A DNA stretch of 64,000 nucleotides from Phoronis australis (lineage: Eukaryota; Animalia; Phoronida). Numbering within the stretch: the stretch's first letter is position 1; each line of letters opens with the position of its first letter. The translations under genes and the position numbers were made by a program. Location: NCBI GenBank assembly GCA_002633005.1, contig NMRA01000097.1, forward strand, positions 260,686-324,685, read 5' to 3'. This document shows positions 38,350-51,376 of the stretch, in pieces. Under the pieces are notes generated by a model that worked only from the letters and a program-made list of their open reading frames with translations, was not told where the DNA came from and did no database searches.

Positions 38350-41300
38350 CCCTTACAAAAATGAACTTAATTTTTTCGTTGAAAACTTAAGTTTTTGGCG
38401 AAAACTGGGTTTTTTCATGTGTGAATTTCTGAAAACTCAAAGGTTTCTATGTGATGGAAATTTACGTTTTCAAGTTTTTAAAATTTGAATATATTCAGAT
38501 ATTTAATTTTTGGTTCGAAATTTTTCCCATTATTTTCAAACAAAAAGTAATTATTTGCTCATGCAAAACCCATCATCTCATAAAAATGCTGCCCGAAAGT
38601 TTCCTTAACATTTATATAGATACAAACCTTAAAACGACGACCGTTTAACCTGGTCAGTACTGATTTAGTGCAATTACGTAATCATTATCGCACGTCTTTG
38701 TGAATTTAAATGTAGACGAACATTAGGTGACCAACAGAAGTAAGAATGCACCCAATGTTAATCCCCTGAGACACTGACCTGGTCAATACAATGTAATCAA
38801 TAGAACTCAAGTAATTCTTAAAAAACGCAGTTATTGTGCAAGTTTCCTTTGTGATGAGTTGTATTCGTAAGGCAGTTTCCACCGGAAGTCAACAATTTGA
38901 ATTTTATAACCAACAGTCATCTTCGAAGAAAAAGTCGTGTGTTGGCTAGACCGCGACAATGAAGTTGATATTACTACGAGCAGAGCCAGCAAGAAGACAT
39001 TTCAGAAGTTTGGAAGTGAGGTTAGTGCCAGAGAGCGTTCTAAAATCGATTGGCCACAATCGGTGGTGTGGTTTCCAACGAACGTGTTCAGTTCAGTTGT
39101 TATTGTCAGCCAGTCAGGAGTCACGTTGTCACATACCGACATGGACTCATTCTGTGTGTGAATTATCTAAACTTCTAACGCGTAATAGAGTTCTGGCGGT
39201 CCATCAGAGGAAGCCATAATGTTCACATAAGGCTATTACTCTATTATATTTCTGTCTTCTGAGGTTGTGTCAGTGTGATCAATGCAAAGGGGGCGGACTA
39301 CCAAGGCAAAGTGTAATCATTTCCCAAGTTGGGTATATTGGCATTGGTTGTGTGTGCTTATGTCTACATTGTATGATCGTAGTAATTCTTGGAAGCTCCT
39401 GATTTTGAAATCTCATATAACAACAGGTCAATAATTTGCAAGGTTCACTTGACTCATCCACTCACCCATCCTAAAATATGGGAGGTGCTCAAAGTTTTGG
39501 GCATGTTGACCCTTATTAAAAACGGGGTGTGTTCAGAGCTGTGCACAGTGCATTCCTGAATTACAGCTTTTTAGTGGACTCGTGTCTCGTTTTCTCATTT
39601 TTTTGTTTCTATGAGGCTGACCTTTTCATGCCCACTTCAGCAAGTGGGGGGTGCTCGTTCGAGCCTCCCCTGGGTGCGCGCATGTGCCTGGTTCTCAAAA
39701 TTAAGAATCACCAATGTAAGTATTGTATTGCCTATTTTGACTGATTTGCTCAGGTTTGTAGGGAGGATCTAGGTTATTGAATGTGAAAGGACATCCCGAT
39801 CCCACTACTAGTACTCTATCTGGAATACCCCCCGGCTTAGGTCACAATGTACCCAAGTGAACTCTCACCATTCACCATGTTAACTATTGTTAAGCACAGT
39901 GAAACTTGCATAATTCCTATCTAATTGCACCAAATAATTCAATGCAAATAAGGAAAATCTGAGTGATTTGACTTTGGGATTGAGGATGTGCTTTCGAATT
40001 TTTACCGGGTTGTGGAATACTAGAATGTCGCAAAATTTAATATCTTTGCAAATGTAAGCCAGTAAAGTGATTGGTAGGAGTACAGGAAATAGTATTTTTA
40101 TGTTTACTGTAGTACATGAGATAATAATTTTATTTTTACTGTAAACCCTAATGGTTACGTAAGAAATCTCATGAAGATAATGCCAGTATCTCAATGGTGG
40201 ATTCAGAGGACAGCTAAAGGGCCATGGCCCCGGCCCCCTAAAACGCTACAAGATCAATTGCCAGTTGAGGGGCAGGGGGTGAATGTCTGATGGGCAAAAC
40301 CCTACTCTGCAATAACCCCCAACTCAAAATCCTAGATCCGCCGACCGCCCCTGATTTTTCCCTTACAAAAATAAACTTAAGTTTTTGGCGAAAATACTTA
40401 AGTTTTTGGAAAATAACTTAAGTTTTAGAGGAAAAACTTAAATTCTTCAGAAAAACTTAAGTTTTTAAAAGAAACTTAAGTTTTTAAAACTGAAGTTTTT
40501 CGCCAAAAACTTAAGTTTTTCAGCACAATGTTAAGTTTTTCAGAAAACTTAAAGTTTTCAGAAAACTTAAGTTTTTTCAAATGTAAAACTTAAGTTTTCA
40601 CAAATAAACTTAAGTTTCAAGTAATAACTTAAGTTTTCATGAAAACTTAAGTTTTTTGTACTAACAAAACTTAAGTTTTTCTGATAACTTAAGTTTATCA
40701 CAAAACTTAAGTTTTTTTAATTTTAAAAACTTAAGTTTTCTTGACTTCTTAAGTTTTTCAGAAAACTGGATTTTTTTCATTTGTGGTAAACTTGAATTTT
40801 CTTAAAACTCTCAGGTTTCTATGTGATGAAAATTTACGTTTTCAAGTTTTTAAAATTTGAACATTGTGAGATATTTAATTTTTGGTTCGAAAATTTTCCC
40901 ATTATTTTCCAACAAAAAATTATTGTTTGCTCATGCAAAACCCATGATGTCAAAAAAATGTTGCCCGAATGTTTCCTTCACATTTATATAGATACAAATA
41001 CCATAAAACGACGAACGTTTAACCTGGTCAGTACAGAATTAGTGCAGTTATGTAATATCATTACGGCACGTCTTTGTGAATTTAAATATAGACGAACATC
41101 CGGTGACCAACAGCAGTAAGAATGCACCCAATGTTAATCCCCTGAGACACTAACCTGGTCAGTACAATGTAATCAATGGAACTCATGCAATTCTTTAAAA
41201 AAACGTAGTTATTGTGCAAGTTTCCTTTGTGTTGAGTTGTATTCGTAAGGCAGTNTTTCATCATTTGATAAAAATATTAATTAATCTGTCATAGAACTTG

Positions 41301-43737
41301 AACTAAAAAGTTACAGAATACGATACCTGGATAGCCTGAAGGCCAAGTTTTATGAACTCATTAAGTTTTGTCATATGCACGGTTTGTTCTAGATTGTGAT
41401 AGCATGATAGGTGACCATGTGCATGTTTTGTATTCAAGTTGTATAGAATAAAATTGTTTTGAATGTCGCGAATCCAGGATTAAAACTTCATTCATTTCAA
41501 AACAGTATGTGGAAACTGACCCACTGCAGTGCATGCTTGAAGTAAACTTGCAGACTAGTCTTGCACTTGACTCCTGGAGAGTGATTGGTTAAATTTTGAG
41601 TTTGAAGACTATTTTCTAGGCTCTGTATATAAGTCAGGAAGTTTTACAAATCAGTGTTGTATAAGCAGCACAATAAATATCCAGCAAGTTAAGTTGTCTT
41701 GTACTGATAGCTTTTACCCGTCTGTTATTAAAATGTTTTGTCTTTATTGCAGAGTGTGCCTTCAACAATCGTTGGATAAGGAAGGTTATCCAGACAACGC
41801 AACGTACGAACTGCAGCTCATGAACCTACATGTATGAATTCAGTTACCTGAGCTCAGAAAGGCGCGTTTGTAGTCACAAAACATGGATTATTTGCCTATG
41901 AAGCTAAGAGAGCAGATCCAGCTAAAGAAGATCAAGTGGCTTGTGGTCTACCATAGGACCCTTTCACATTGACTTAACTCTTGTCTGAGCGGACCATCGG
42001 CGTACACTGCGAAGTTAACTGGACCGTTCCTTCTGGCTTCGGTAGTTAATGAACTTCGAAGTAAACAGTAGGTGACGCTGTCGTGATCGAAGGTATCGAA
42101 GTAGCACTGCACGCTAAGATGTGACAACTTGGGAACATTTACATGAGTTAATTGACATAAAACTTATTTTTAAATTGATTGGTGATTATTATAGCAAGGA
42201 ATAAGCAACTATTAGCCATCACACTACTATGCAATTGTTAATGATAACAGTGGCCCCTGGCAATAACTTCGATAGGACTGAAGTTGATCGTTTATACTGC
42301 GTGGCAGCGTTGACGCTAAGCAATTAAATCCACCTGTTTAGTGCGAAGTTAACTGGCGCTGTTAACTTCCTTCCAGGACCAATGTTTAAGCGTTCATACT
42401 GACATTAACTCCCAAAAACTTCGACGTGCCGATGTTAGTATGAAAGGCCCTATATGTGTATGCAGTTCAGTAGCTTTAAATTAAAGGAAAAAGAATATTT
42501 TTGTGGTCAAAGGTCTAAGTTTTCTAATTTCCATCTCGTATAACCAGGTTGTACTTAGGGTTACTTTTAGTGAAACTTGTTCGCACCATGGAGTGTATTG
42601 GATTTACTGTTATTATGATTGTAAACAAAACGAAACTTTGACTTTTAAATTGACATTTTTAAGGTTGAAAACAATTATAGGTGATTCTAGGCACTATTTC
42701 TAGCATAAGGATTGTACTTCCCAAAATTAGACCTGTGGCCATTGTCGATAAACTTTTAGTTACCTGTTACGTTTCATGTTATGCTTTTGCCTCTGCGGAT
42801 ATTCTTGGATTTTGCATATGAAGTGATTTGTTATTCTTGGTGTCATTGCTGTAATTTTAGTTGAAAAAGTTTGCTGTTGAAACGTAGACTTTTGTTATAC
42901 TCCTTCCTGGCTATGTAATCACATTTTCTTTGGTTAAGTTTCATGATTTGCTAGTGATTTCTCTGTTTGTACATTCCATTTTGCTCCGTCAATTATCGCA
43001 TAATTGTTATAGACTGTGAACGATGCAAATATGAATATACTATTAACCTCATTTAGTTTTCACTGCATTGTATGCATGACACTTGATGAACTGATTTTTG
43101 AAATGGTTCTGTTTTTTAAGATTTTGATATTTCACTTAATATGTTCACATATTTTAAGGAACTAGTGTATTTTAGGAAGTGTGTGTTGTTTTCTGCAATT
43201 AATCACTGTTAATGAAATGTTAATGGAACTCTAGTTTGTTAAATCTTCTTGAGAATCATTAAATTTGTTACTGTACTCCACTCTTAATTTAGTGAAAGTC
43301 GAAAATTTTGAATGCCTGTCCTATTCAAACTTATTGCTTTTAGAAAACTTCAGTTTTCAAAAGTTAATTCCTTGAAAACTTATGTTCGGAAAACTCAGTT
43401 TTCAAAAACTTAAGTTTTTATGACTTATGTTTGTAACTAAAAACTTATTCCAAAACTTAAGTTTTTCAAAAACTTAAATTTCTGAAACTTAAGTTTTTCA
43501 AACACTTAAGTTCTGAAAACTTAAGTTCGTTCCAAAAACTTGTTCTAAAATTCTTAAGTTTTGGAAAACTTAAGTTTTTGAAAACTTAAGTTATGAAAAC
43601 TTAAATTCGTTCCAAAAACTTGTTCCAAAATACTTAAGATTTCGCCAAAATCATAAGATTTCGTGAATGAAAACTTAAGTTTTTCAGACCAAAAACTTAA
43701 GTTTTTCGATGAAAACTGATGTTCATTTTTGTAAGGG
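38350..43737. mobile_element. Non-autonomous EnSpm/CMC-like element with AAAACTTAAGTTTT subterminal arrays; a second left end is nested at 40360
   Basis: TIR CCCTTACAAAAATGAAC (38350; variants at 40360 and 62756) / GTTCATTTTTGTAAGGG (ends 43737); TT on both flanks (2-bp TSD). Palindromic repeat arrays at 40370-40760 and ~43340-43710. The superfamily is inferred from the termini only. Confidence 0.7.
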
Positions 43738-43809
43738 TTTGCCTACATGAAATTGATCGTCATCACGTGTAACAGAACTGATAAGGAAAAATACACGTTT
43801 GATGTTCAG

Positions 43810-45160
43810 TCTACTCCGGAAGTGACGTTTTGAGAGGCAAGAATTTCGCGCCAATTTCTTTTCATTAGTCTGACTGTGAGAGCAGTCGAGTCATGTCATT
43901 GTTCTACCTCGGTTGTGATAAGTTCGGTCGTCGTTTGCTTTTGCTTTCGAGTAAGTCAACATGCCACGCTGTTGCTGCGTATTGGGGTGTACTTATTATC
44001 GTCTCACGTACAGAGGAAGATCTGTCCCACTTGCACTAGTGTCCCGCGACACACTCCCACTGGAGGATGATCTGAGCACCCAAACTGCTTAGATCCCGCC
44101 GTGTGACTCACTCGCCACACACCTGGTACCTTATAAATAGCTCCAATTCAAGTCCACAATAAACTTATCAAACTTATGCTCACCGATCTGTTCATGGATG
44201 ACGAACTGTCCTCTTCACTGGGTGTCGAACTGGGCCTGTATTCAACTCCCACTACTCAACATCGCTTCAGGGCTGCTTACAGGCTCTGGGCTAGAGACAA
44301 CAGCACAGGGCGAATCACTGCTAGTTCCCGGAATTGCACGCAATGGGGTACGTTGGGGTGATAGTAGATGAAGTGCCTCCAGTCACTGTATATAGTGGCC
44401 ACAGCTCGCGAGGCTTCTCGCTTCAAAAACGCACTTCTCGGGGTTGGCGACGGGCACTGCCGGGAATCAACAGCGACGGTATCAGTGGCGGATTTAGAGG
44501 GGGCCAAGGGGGCCATGCCCCCCCCCCCCTAAAAATCTCCCAGATTCCATTGGGCAGTTCGGAGGTGCGAATGTCTGACTGGCAAAATACTGGCTAATAT
44601 GCTGCTCTGGCCCCCCTAACTCAAAATTCTGGATCCTCCCCTGGGTATGGTGCCCTTCTTCAGGCGTTGTTTCGCAGGGACCTTCATCAATTCATATCTC
44701 TGTCGTAATCTGGCTACAGAAAATGTTTGCCACACACTTGCTTTGTACGTTGCGTGTACGGGTGCTGCGTTGTTCACATGAACGAGCTAGCCAAGTACGG
44801 CGAAGTGTGTCATCCTTCGGAAAGCGACGCAAGGTACCCCAAGGGCGTGTAAGACGATAATGAGTTTATCCCGGCATGCAGCAATAGCGTGGCATGTTGA
44901 CTGACTTGTAAACAAAAGCAAACGACGAGGAACTTATCACAATCGAGGTAGAACAATGACTGACTCGACAGCTCTCACAGTCAGACTATAATTAAAAGAA
45001 ATTGGCGCGAAACACTTGCCTCCTAAAACGTCACTTCCGGAGTAGAGGACGACAAATTAATCAAATTATGAAAAGCTGTAATTAAGTGAAAAATGTGTCT
45101 ACGATAATCAACGAACCTTATTTTTGCTAAAAGCGACATGAAAAACGGCTGCCTTCGCCT
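43810..45160 (-). mobile_element. Kolobok-like element with long inverted repeats and a decayed THAP domain
   Basis: The right end is ...GCCTTCGCCT|TTAA. Inverted repeats of ~180 bp lie at 43810-43990 / 44865-45046. The minus strand from ATG 44895 reads MPRYCCMPG*...LRRFPKDDTLRRTWL...CGKHF...RLKKGTIPSL (THAP C2CH motif and AVPT-like box). Confidence 0.75.
44483..44643. mobile_element. hAT-like MITE with a 5-bp TSD inserted in the THAP ORF
   Basis: CAGTGGCGGATTT...GGATCCTCCCCTG flanked by GGTAT/GGTAT; removing it restores GTIPSLL. Related copies at 7319-7490, ~40192-40353, ~13753-13970 and the window start. Confidence 0.75.
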
Positions 45161-45651
45161 TTAACCCTCGACAGCCCTCAAAGTTTGGAGGAAAAATTGA
45201 AAACTCATTTCAAAGGCTTCTAAATGGGCAAGCGTGACCTACGCTTTTAGCGAATTGCACGGGAACTGTGGGGAAAAACACCCCCTGAGAACAATAATAT
45301 CTAAATTTATTTTGTGACATAGGGAGTGTGAGTAATTAGCTAGTTCCTGATTTTATCTTTCAAGACTAACGCCTATGTTTGAATTAGCAGGTGACAAACC
45401 ATGATGGATTTAAATCATCAAGACGGGGTTTAGTATCCTGTTAAACATTTTAGACAGAGGAAAGAAGGAAACTGTGTCTTTCAGCAAATATGATATCCTA
45501 TGATCTGCACTAGGCATTGACGATTTACAACGGTAACTCTTCGAGTAATTGCAGTGCAACGCAATTAAAATTGGCACACATTTCATTCTATTTCCTAAGA
45601 GGACATACCACGTGACTGCGTTACACGGCAATAAAGACAACTGTCTCTCAC

Positions 45652-45807
45652 CAAAAGATCGTCTCATATCATTTTCTTCTACAGTCATGGACACACCGTT
45701 GCCGAGCCAGCCCGTATGTGCGTCACCCACGTTGATGTCGCTGCATTCCCCCACATAGAATTTTATTATGATGTCGCCAGATATTTGTAAATCACAGATG
45801 CCACCAA
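45652..45807 (-). CDS. CTHRC1-like domain 1, exon c
   Basis: TTTCAG|TT...TTTG|GTGAGA, 156 nt, phase 1->1. GGICDLQISGDIIIKFYVGECSDINVGDAHTGWLGNGVSMTVEE matches CTHRC1 EGLC...[26 protein letters not shown]. Confidence 0.9.
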
Positions 45808-45959
45808 CTGAAAGTGTGAATAAAAGATAGAAAGGTAATAAAATATACATTGATGAATGGGTAGACACTTTTGTCTTACCGATCACACTTCTGGCGAAAG
45901 TCCCTTCAACAGTCAACTCAATACCCACGTAACACAATACATGCGAATATAAGACTCAC

Positions 45960-46158
45960 CTTGGGCCGGGCGAAAATCATCCCTTGCTTTGTCTTTGTAC
46001 CACACTATCTCAAGTTTCCCAGGCGAGGAGCATTCTTGATCGTTGAAAGTAAAGTACCAGCGATTGCAGCAATTTCCGCAGTTCCACCCGGCGCGAATAA
46101 TACCTCGGAAACGTACCCTCAGTGAAGTGAAAGAATATTGCTTCTTAAAGGTTGTAGT
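45960..46158 (-). CDS. CTHRC1-like domain 1, exon b
   Basis: TTTCAG|ACT...CAAG|GTGAGT, 199 nt, phase 0->1. TTTFKKQYSFTSLRVRFRGIIRAGWNCGNCCNRWYFTFNDQECSSPGKLE matches CTHRC1 FTKMRSNSALRVLFSG...[21 protein letters not shown]. Confidence 0.9.
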
Positions 46159-47833
46159 CTGAAACATAGAGCGAGTAGGTGTTCTAAGACTTTAAGAGCG
46201 TCCAACAGCGATACGCTCAGTCAAGCTAATTTCTGGAAAACCCCGGTGATATTCGAGTATAATTTTACGAAGAGTTTAGTTAAAAATTAGAATAGAATAC
46301 TCATTCACTTAAAAAGGACCCACTTGTCAAGAGCTTCGTTGCCAAGCATGATAGGATTTTATCCTCGAAATATTACTCTTAGTTAATTCTATGACGAAAT
46401 TCGGCACACATTTGGCGCAGAAAATCGAGAATAAAGTACCATTTTTGGACTAGAATCCGTTTTAACTGCATTTACACCGCGTTAGGAGATCCTTCATACT
46501 CTTTGTCAAATTCTCAAATACGTATCGCCAAGTTCAGTCATACCAATTAGGAGCCAGGCAAAATAACGCCACATGAAACTGGCAAAATTTCTACAAAAGC
46601 GTAATTTTCTTGCGACAAATTTAAGACTAATTGAAAAGCCAAACAATTCTGAGGTCCCATATCAATTCCATGGAAGTACCGAGTTCACAGGACAGTAGAC
46701 TCGTCAAACAGTTGACATCCTTACAGATATGGAAAACATCTATACTGCCAGGACGACAATGCCATGGCTTCATCGCACTGCTAATAAACCATTTTTAACA
46801 ATTTTCATTCGGCCATACATGTACATGTACCTGTCCAACCGCTTTCAGTGGCGGCCTGATTGCTCAGTTTAGGTAAGGTGTGTTCTGATGTGTTCTCGAG
46901 CTCTCTACTGAGACAAGATCACGCGTTACACTAGCCTGGCCATTCGTCTTCCCTGCGCTTGGAAATTAGTAGTCCAAACCAATTTTAAGGTTCTACTTGG
47001 ATACGAAATGAAAATAAATGTCTTTAATTCTGTGCTGGAATATATTGTGGCTTACATGGTTGTTTGTGTTATTTATTTTTACACTTGATCACCAATAAAT
47101 TGAAGCTTTTAGGTCGAGTGTGATTTCGAAATCTCAAATTTTTACTCCTGATTTTCGCTCGAATCTAGGGGTCATCAACTTGTACTAGTCACTTTGACAA
47201 TACCTTCGGCTACGGAATGATGACTAACACTTATTCTGGGTTCGTAATGGACTAGCACGATTACGAGCACAAAGGGTGAACTTCGGGCCCAGAAACTTCG
47301 TTTTTAAAGTAATTCATTACATCAAAGCATTGAATAGATTGTCATACAGTGTATGTTAAACCATTCACAATTTTCAAGTAATGTTAACAAAAAGGAGTGA
47401 GCTAACTCTCAATAAAAAGAGAACGAGCTATGTGTAAAAATGTGTCAACTTCAAGCTAAAACCAACCAAACTCTTGATTGGTCCTCGAGATAAATGTCTG
47501 AATTTAAATCGACATTAAACCCTTGCTTCCTGTCAATAAACAACGGTTGGATTAGAGCAGATGACGGTACAAAAATGGCATTATTGGATTCCGTAGAATA
47601 GCCCTCAGTGCTTGAGAAGGGTCCGTTATTTTTACATGTGTGTATCAAGCATTAACTTTCGCTTTCCTGCAATCAACTTAAAGATGACGAAGAAAAAATA
47701 GAGACCAATGTTATGAAGATCAGTTCCATCAATCAAAACTTGATTTTTGACCCCAAGAATGCACCCATTAATGCCGCTTTAAGAAGTGTGGCGACGAATC
47801 AACCCATACCTTAGCACACAATCAAAGACTTAC

Positions 47834-47928
47834 CAATAAAATTCCGGTGTCACTATGGGAAACGTAGTCCTTGTAGTAGTTAAATCTGATGTTAGCAACC
47901 GGAACTTCGTCACATTCTTGATATGGCG
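47834..47928 (-). CDS. CTHRC1-like domain 1, exon a
   Basis: ACAG|CG...TTG|GTAAGT, 95 nt, phase 1->0. Encodes PYQECDEVPVANIRFNYYKDYVSHSDTGILL, positionally equivalent to CTHRC1 NYKQCSW...DLGKI. Confidence 0.75.
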
Positions 47929-49609
47929 CTGTGTTTGGAAAGAAATCATTTCATTGCCAATGTCTAGTATTAAAATTTTGGACGCTGGTTTAGTAAATTC
48001 TCTTGAGTTGGGAATATCAAGATATGTCTCATTGTAAGCATGTGTTCATATAGTTTCGATGACGTTAAAACAAACTTGTCTACTGTTACTGGTACTGCAA
48101 TAGACAGCAAGAAACAAACACTGTGGCCGAAAAAAATAACTGCTACAGGTGATTTATAGGATACAGCGTTTCACGGTGCCTATCAGGCATGCCTAAAACC
48201 ATTAACCACGTCACCCTTGACTAGGAAATTCGTCTGATAGGAAGAAGATAGGCCACAATCCGTTGGACAGACAATGTCTCCTTCTATCCTTGAAAGGCTA
48301 AACATGATTATTTGACAGACAATCCACATGGATCAATTTCACACAACAGATCTCTATTCCGTTTTGCAAGAGGAGATGTGAAACATAATCAGTTCAAGTG
48401 TTTCATTTCTATCGCACTGTGATATATTAAAAAGATTATGCTTGTACGGTCTGGCCATACTCCAAGGGAACTAGCTTCAAGCTCCGCAGTAATAAACTAG
48501 AATGGATTGATAAACTATCACTTGCGTGAGTATTCTCAGAGATTTTGCACAATGTTGATGGACTAATTCGAGAAGTTCTTTTTTGTGTTTTAAGATAATT
48601 GCATGGCATGCAATTCAAACTTTGTGAAACAATCTTATCAGAAAGCGGAAGTGATACAGCAGATTGAAGAAAAATGTAACCCGACAAAAAGCCTGCTCAC
48701 CACAGCATGTGTACAAGGAAGTGAATGAAAACCCGCTAGATATACATGTAATACTGAAGCAAATTCTGGGTTTTGCTTATGTATCCCTTAGTTACCGTTG
48801 CAGAAATTCCACAAGCGATGAGCTAGTTCTTTTCAATTATATCATAGGAGAAAGTTCTCTACAGTGCGATTTCAGATAAATAGACAAGAGGTCGGTCAAA
48901 ATAGACCAAGAGATTTGTAAAACGCAACCATCTCAGAGCGGTTTTAGATAGTCTCTCACTTCTAAGACAGACCTCTCCTAGGAAGAAACGTCTTTCTCGC
49001 GAGAACAGAGTACCAATTCCACAACGCGCTTGCTGAGTCCAAGGGCAGTCTTTGGCTGCCAGCAATTTAACAATGAAACTGGGATACATTATTTCGTGTT
49101 AAGTGACGCCATATGTGTAAGATGACGAATAATTTGTTGCTTACGTAATTAACGAAACAACTTAAGGTACGGGGTATATGTAATCACTTAATAACTTAAC
49201 ACCACGCATAACGCCCCGCCGTCACAACCTGCTCTTGACCTATCAAGGAGTTCTTATTTATCAGCACCACTTAGGGAACCTGAAGTCTCACATGTATGTT
49301 GTTACGTAATGTTATGAATGACATACCAACGCAGACGCCCACGTTGTTAGTGCAGTCTTTCACACAAGCCTCGCCCCCGTCAGCGCAATTGGCGATCCTG
49401 CATTCGTCGAACTGAAAAGAGCGATTGTATGTCTATATCTAAAATTAGCACTTTCTGTGAACAATTTTATCGCGTTTCTGGTTTCTAAAAATGTGTCCTC
49501 TGTTTCCGAGTACTAATTTTGACCGTTGAATTTTAATCCAATCAAATGCAAAATTCAGAGTGAGTCTATTCAGATAGCAAGACGTGATTGAGGAGTAGGA
49601 TCATTCAAC

Positions 49610-51270
49610 TTAGGTGTGGCCTCTTTGCTGCAATACCCGTTAGCGCCATACCTTTTTATTCTATGTGCAGAGATTATGGGCTGGCTCTTTAGACTAGACA
49701 ATAGCGTTAAGGGCATCCAGGTAGGATCGGTGGAATACAAACTGATTCAGTATGCAGATGATACGGTTATATCTTTAGATGGCTCGGAGCAGTCTCTGCG
49801 GAAAATACTTCACATTTTAAACCCTTTGCAAAATATTCTGGTCTAAAGCCTAATATGGAAAAAAACAATTTGTATTTGGATAAGTTCTATGAAGGGTAGC
49901 TATCAAAAATGTGCTGTGACCTAAAACTGAACTGGGCAACATCAGAATTCACTTTACTGGGTATTCAATTCTCCTGTGTTTTAAATAAAATTCCCGACAT
50001 TAATTTTAACAGCAAACTTGGTGAAATAGAGAAGGCTATAGACATGTGAGGAAAAAAAACTTGACACTTTTTGGAAGAATAACAGTTGTGAAATCGATAA
50101 TTATGCCAAAATTCATTCACGTTTTTACAAGTCTCCCGTTCCCATCACAGCCCTTCCTGAAGCAGCAGAACAAAACGTTGTACTGTTTTATATGGAACGT
50201 TAAAACGGAAAAATGTCGTAAGATTATGGCTCAAGAGTACAATGTTGGCGGAGCTAGAACGATTGACGTCAGCTCTTTTATTGAAGCCATTAAACTAACT
50301 TGGTTTCGTAGACTACTTTGTCAAAGTACTACAAGTCCATGGGCAGTTTTAGCAAATGGCCCGTTATTTCTATTTTACAAAGATGTCCCAGATGACTTCT
50401 AATGTATTTTGGAAAGAGATCCTTCATTGTGTCCATGAATTCAGATTGTTAGTTCCCGAAAGCGATGGAACATTTCAGCCTCTATGGCTTAATTCGAATA
50501 TACTGATTGATAACAAACCTGTTTTCTATAAACGGTGGTATCAAAAGTCAAAACTCATGTACAAGACTTACTTAAATCTGATGGTTGTTTCCTTAATTAT
50601 GAGGACTTTATACAGACGTTTGACTTTACCCTCCTCAAGTAACTTTATTTTACGGTCTACGAAGTTCATTATATGCTAGTTGGAGCCATCTCACAGAGGG
50701 AAAGCATCAAGTAAGTTTACCGCGTCGTCCACGATACATTGAAGTTATTTTGGGAGATGTCAAAGGATTAGATAAAATTTATCACGTTAGTTTCTCTCAG
50801 AATGGTAGAAAAACAACGTGTCAAATGAAGTGGAGTAAAAATTAAACCTCCCGAATACCGCAAAATGGTGGTACAATGTTTTTCTTACATCTATTTATTC
50901 ACCGAAGATGTAACTCTGAGGTGGTGCCAGTTTAGGCTGGTTCATACAATTATAGGTTGTAATTATTTTTTTTACACGATAGACGTAATTGAGATCTCAT
51001 TGTGGACTTTTTGCTTAAACGAGATTGAGTCTATTGCCCATGTGTACTGGTCTGGTAACATTACTCAGCAGTTTTGGACTAATGAAAATAACTAGCTCGA
51101 AGATCCTGTTGGACATTGTTTAGAACTGTCTGTACAATCGGTTCTGTTTGGTGTTCAAGTGAAAGCAGTTTTACAAAATATGATTCTTTGCCTCGGAATG
51201 TATCACATTTATAAACAAAGTAAAATGCAAATATCCGTGCCTTACCATGTTGCATTGTACATTTCCACTG
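49610..51270 (+). mobile_element. 5'-truncated degenerate L1/Tx1-like LINE
   Basis: PLAPYLFILCAE, KLIQYADD, LTLFGRITVVKS, FIWN, NVFWKEIL, LRWCQFRLVH and a decayed CCHC (TFCLNEIESIAHVYW). Ends at a (TA)n tract. Confidence 0.88.
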
Positions 51271-51273
51271 GAC

Positions 51274-51275
<2 letters not shown>

Positions 51276-51313
<38 letters not shown>

Positions 51314-51328
51314 NAGACCTTGCCAGCG

Positions 51329-51359
<31 letters not shown>

Positions 51360-51376
51360 GTATATATATATATATA
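51276..51376. repeat. (TA)n microsatellite spanning an N
   Basis: Directly visible in the sequence. Confidence 0.95.

Noticed and set aside
40370-40760. Palindromic repeat array as CRISPR or iterons
   Set aside because: The spacers are only a few nt and the array is subterminal to a transposon TIR.
46730-46872. Plus-strand EGF-like exon (HTCTCTCPTAFSG followed by AG|GTAAGG)
   Set aside because: The Cys residues come from TACATG repeats, the frames contain stops, and the 3' part resembles a tRNA-SINE head.
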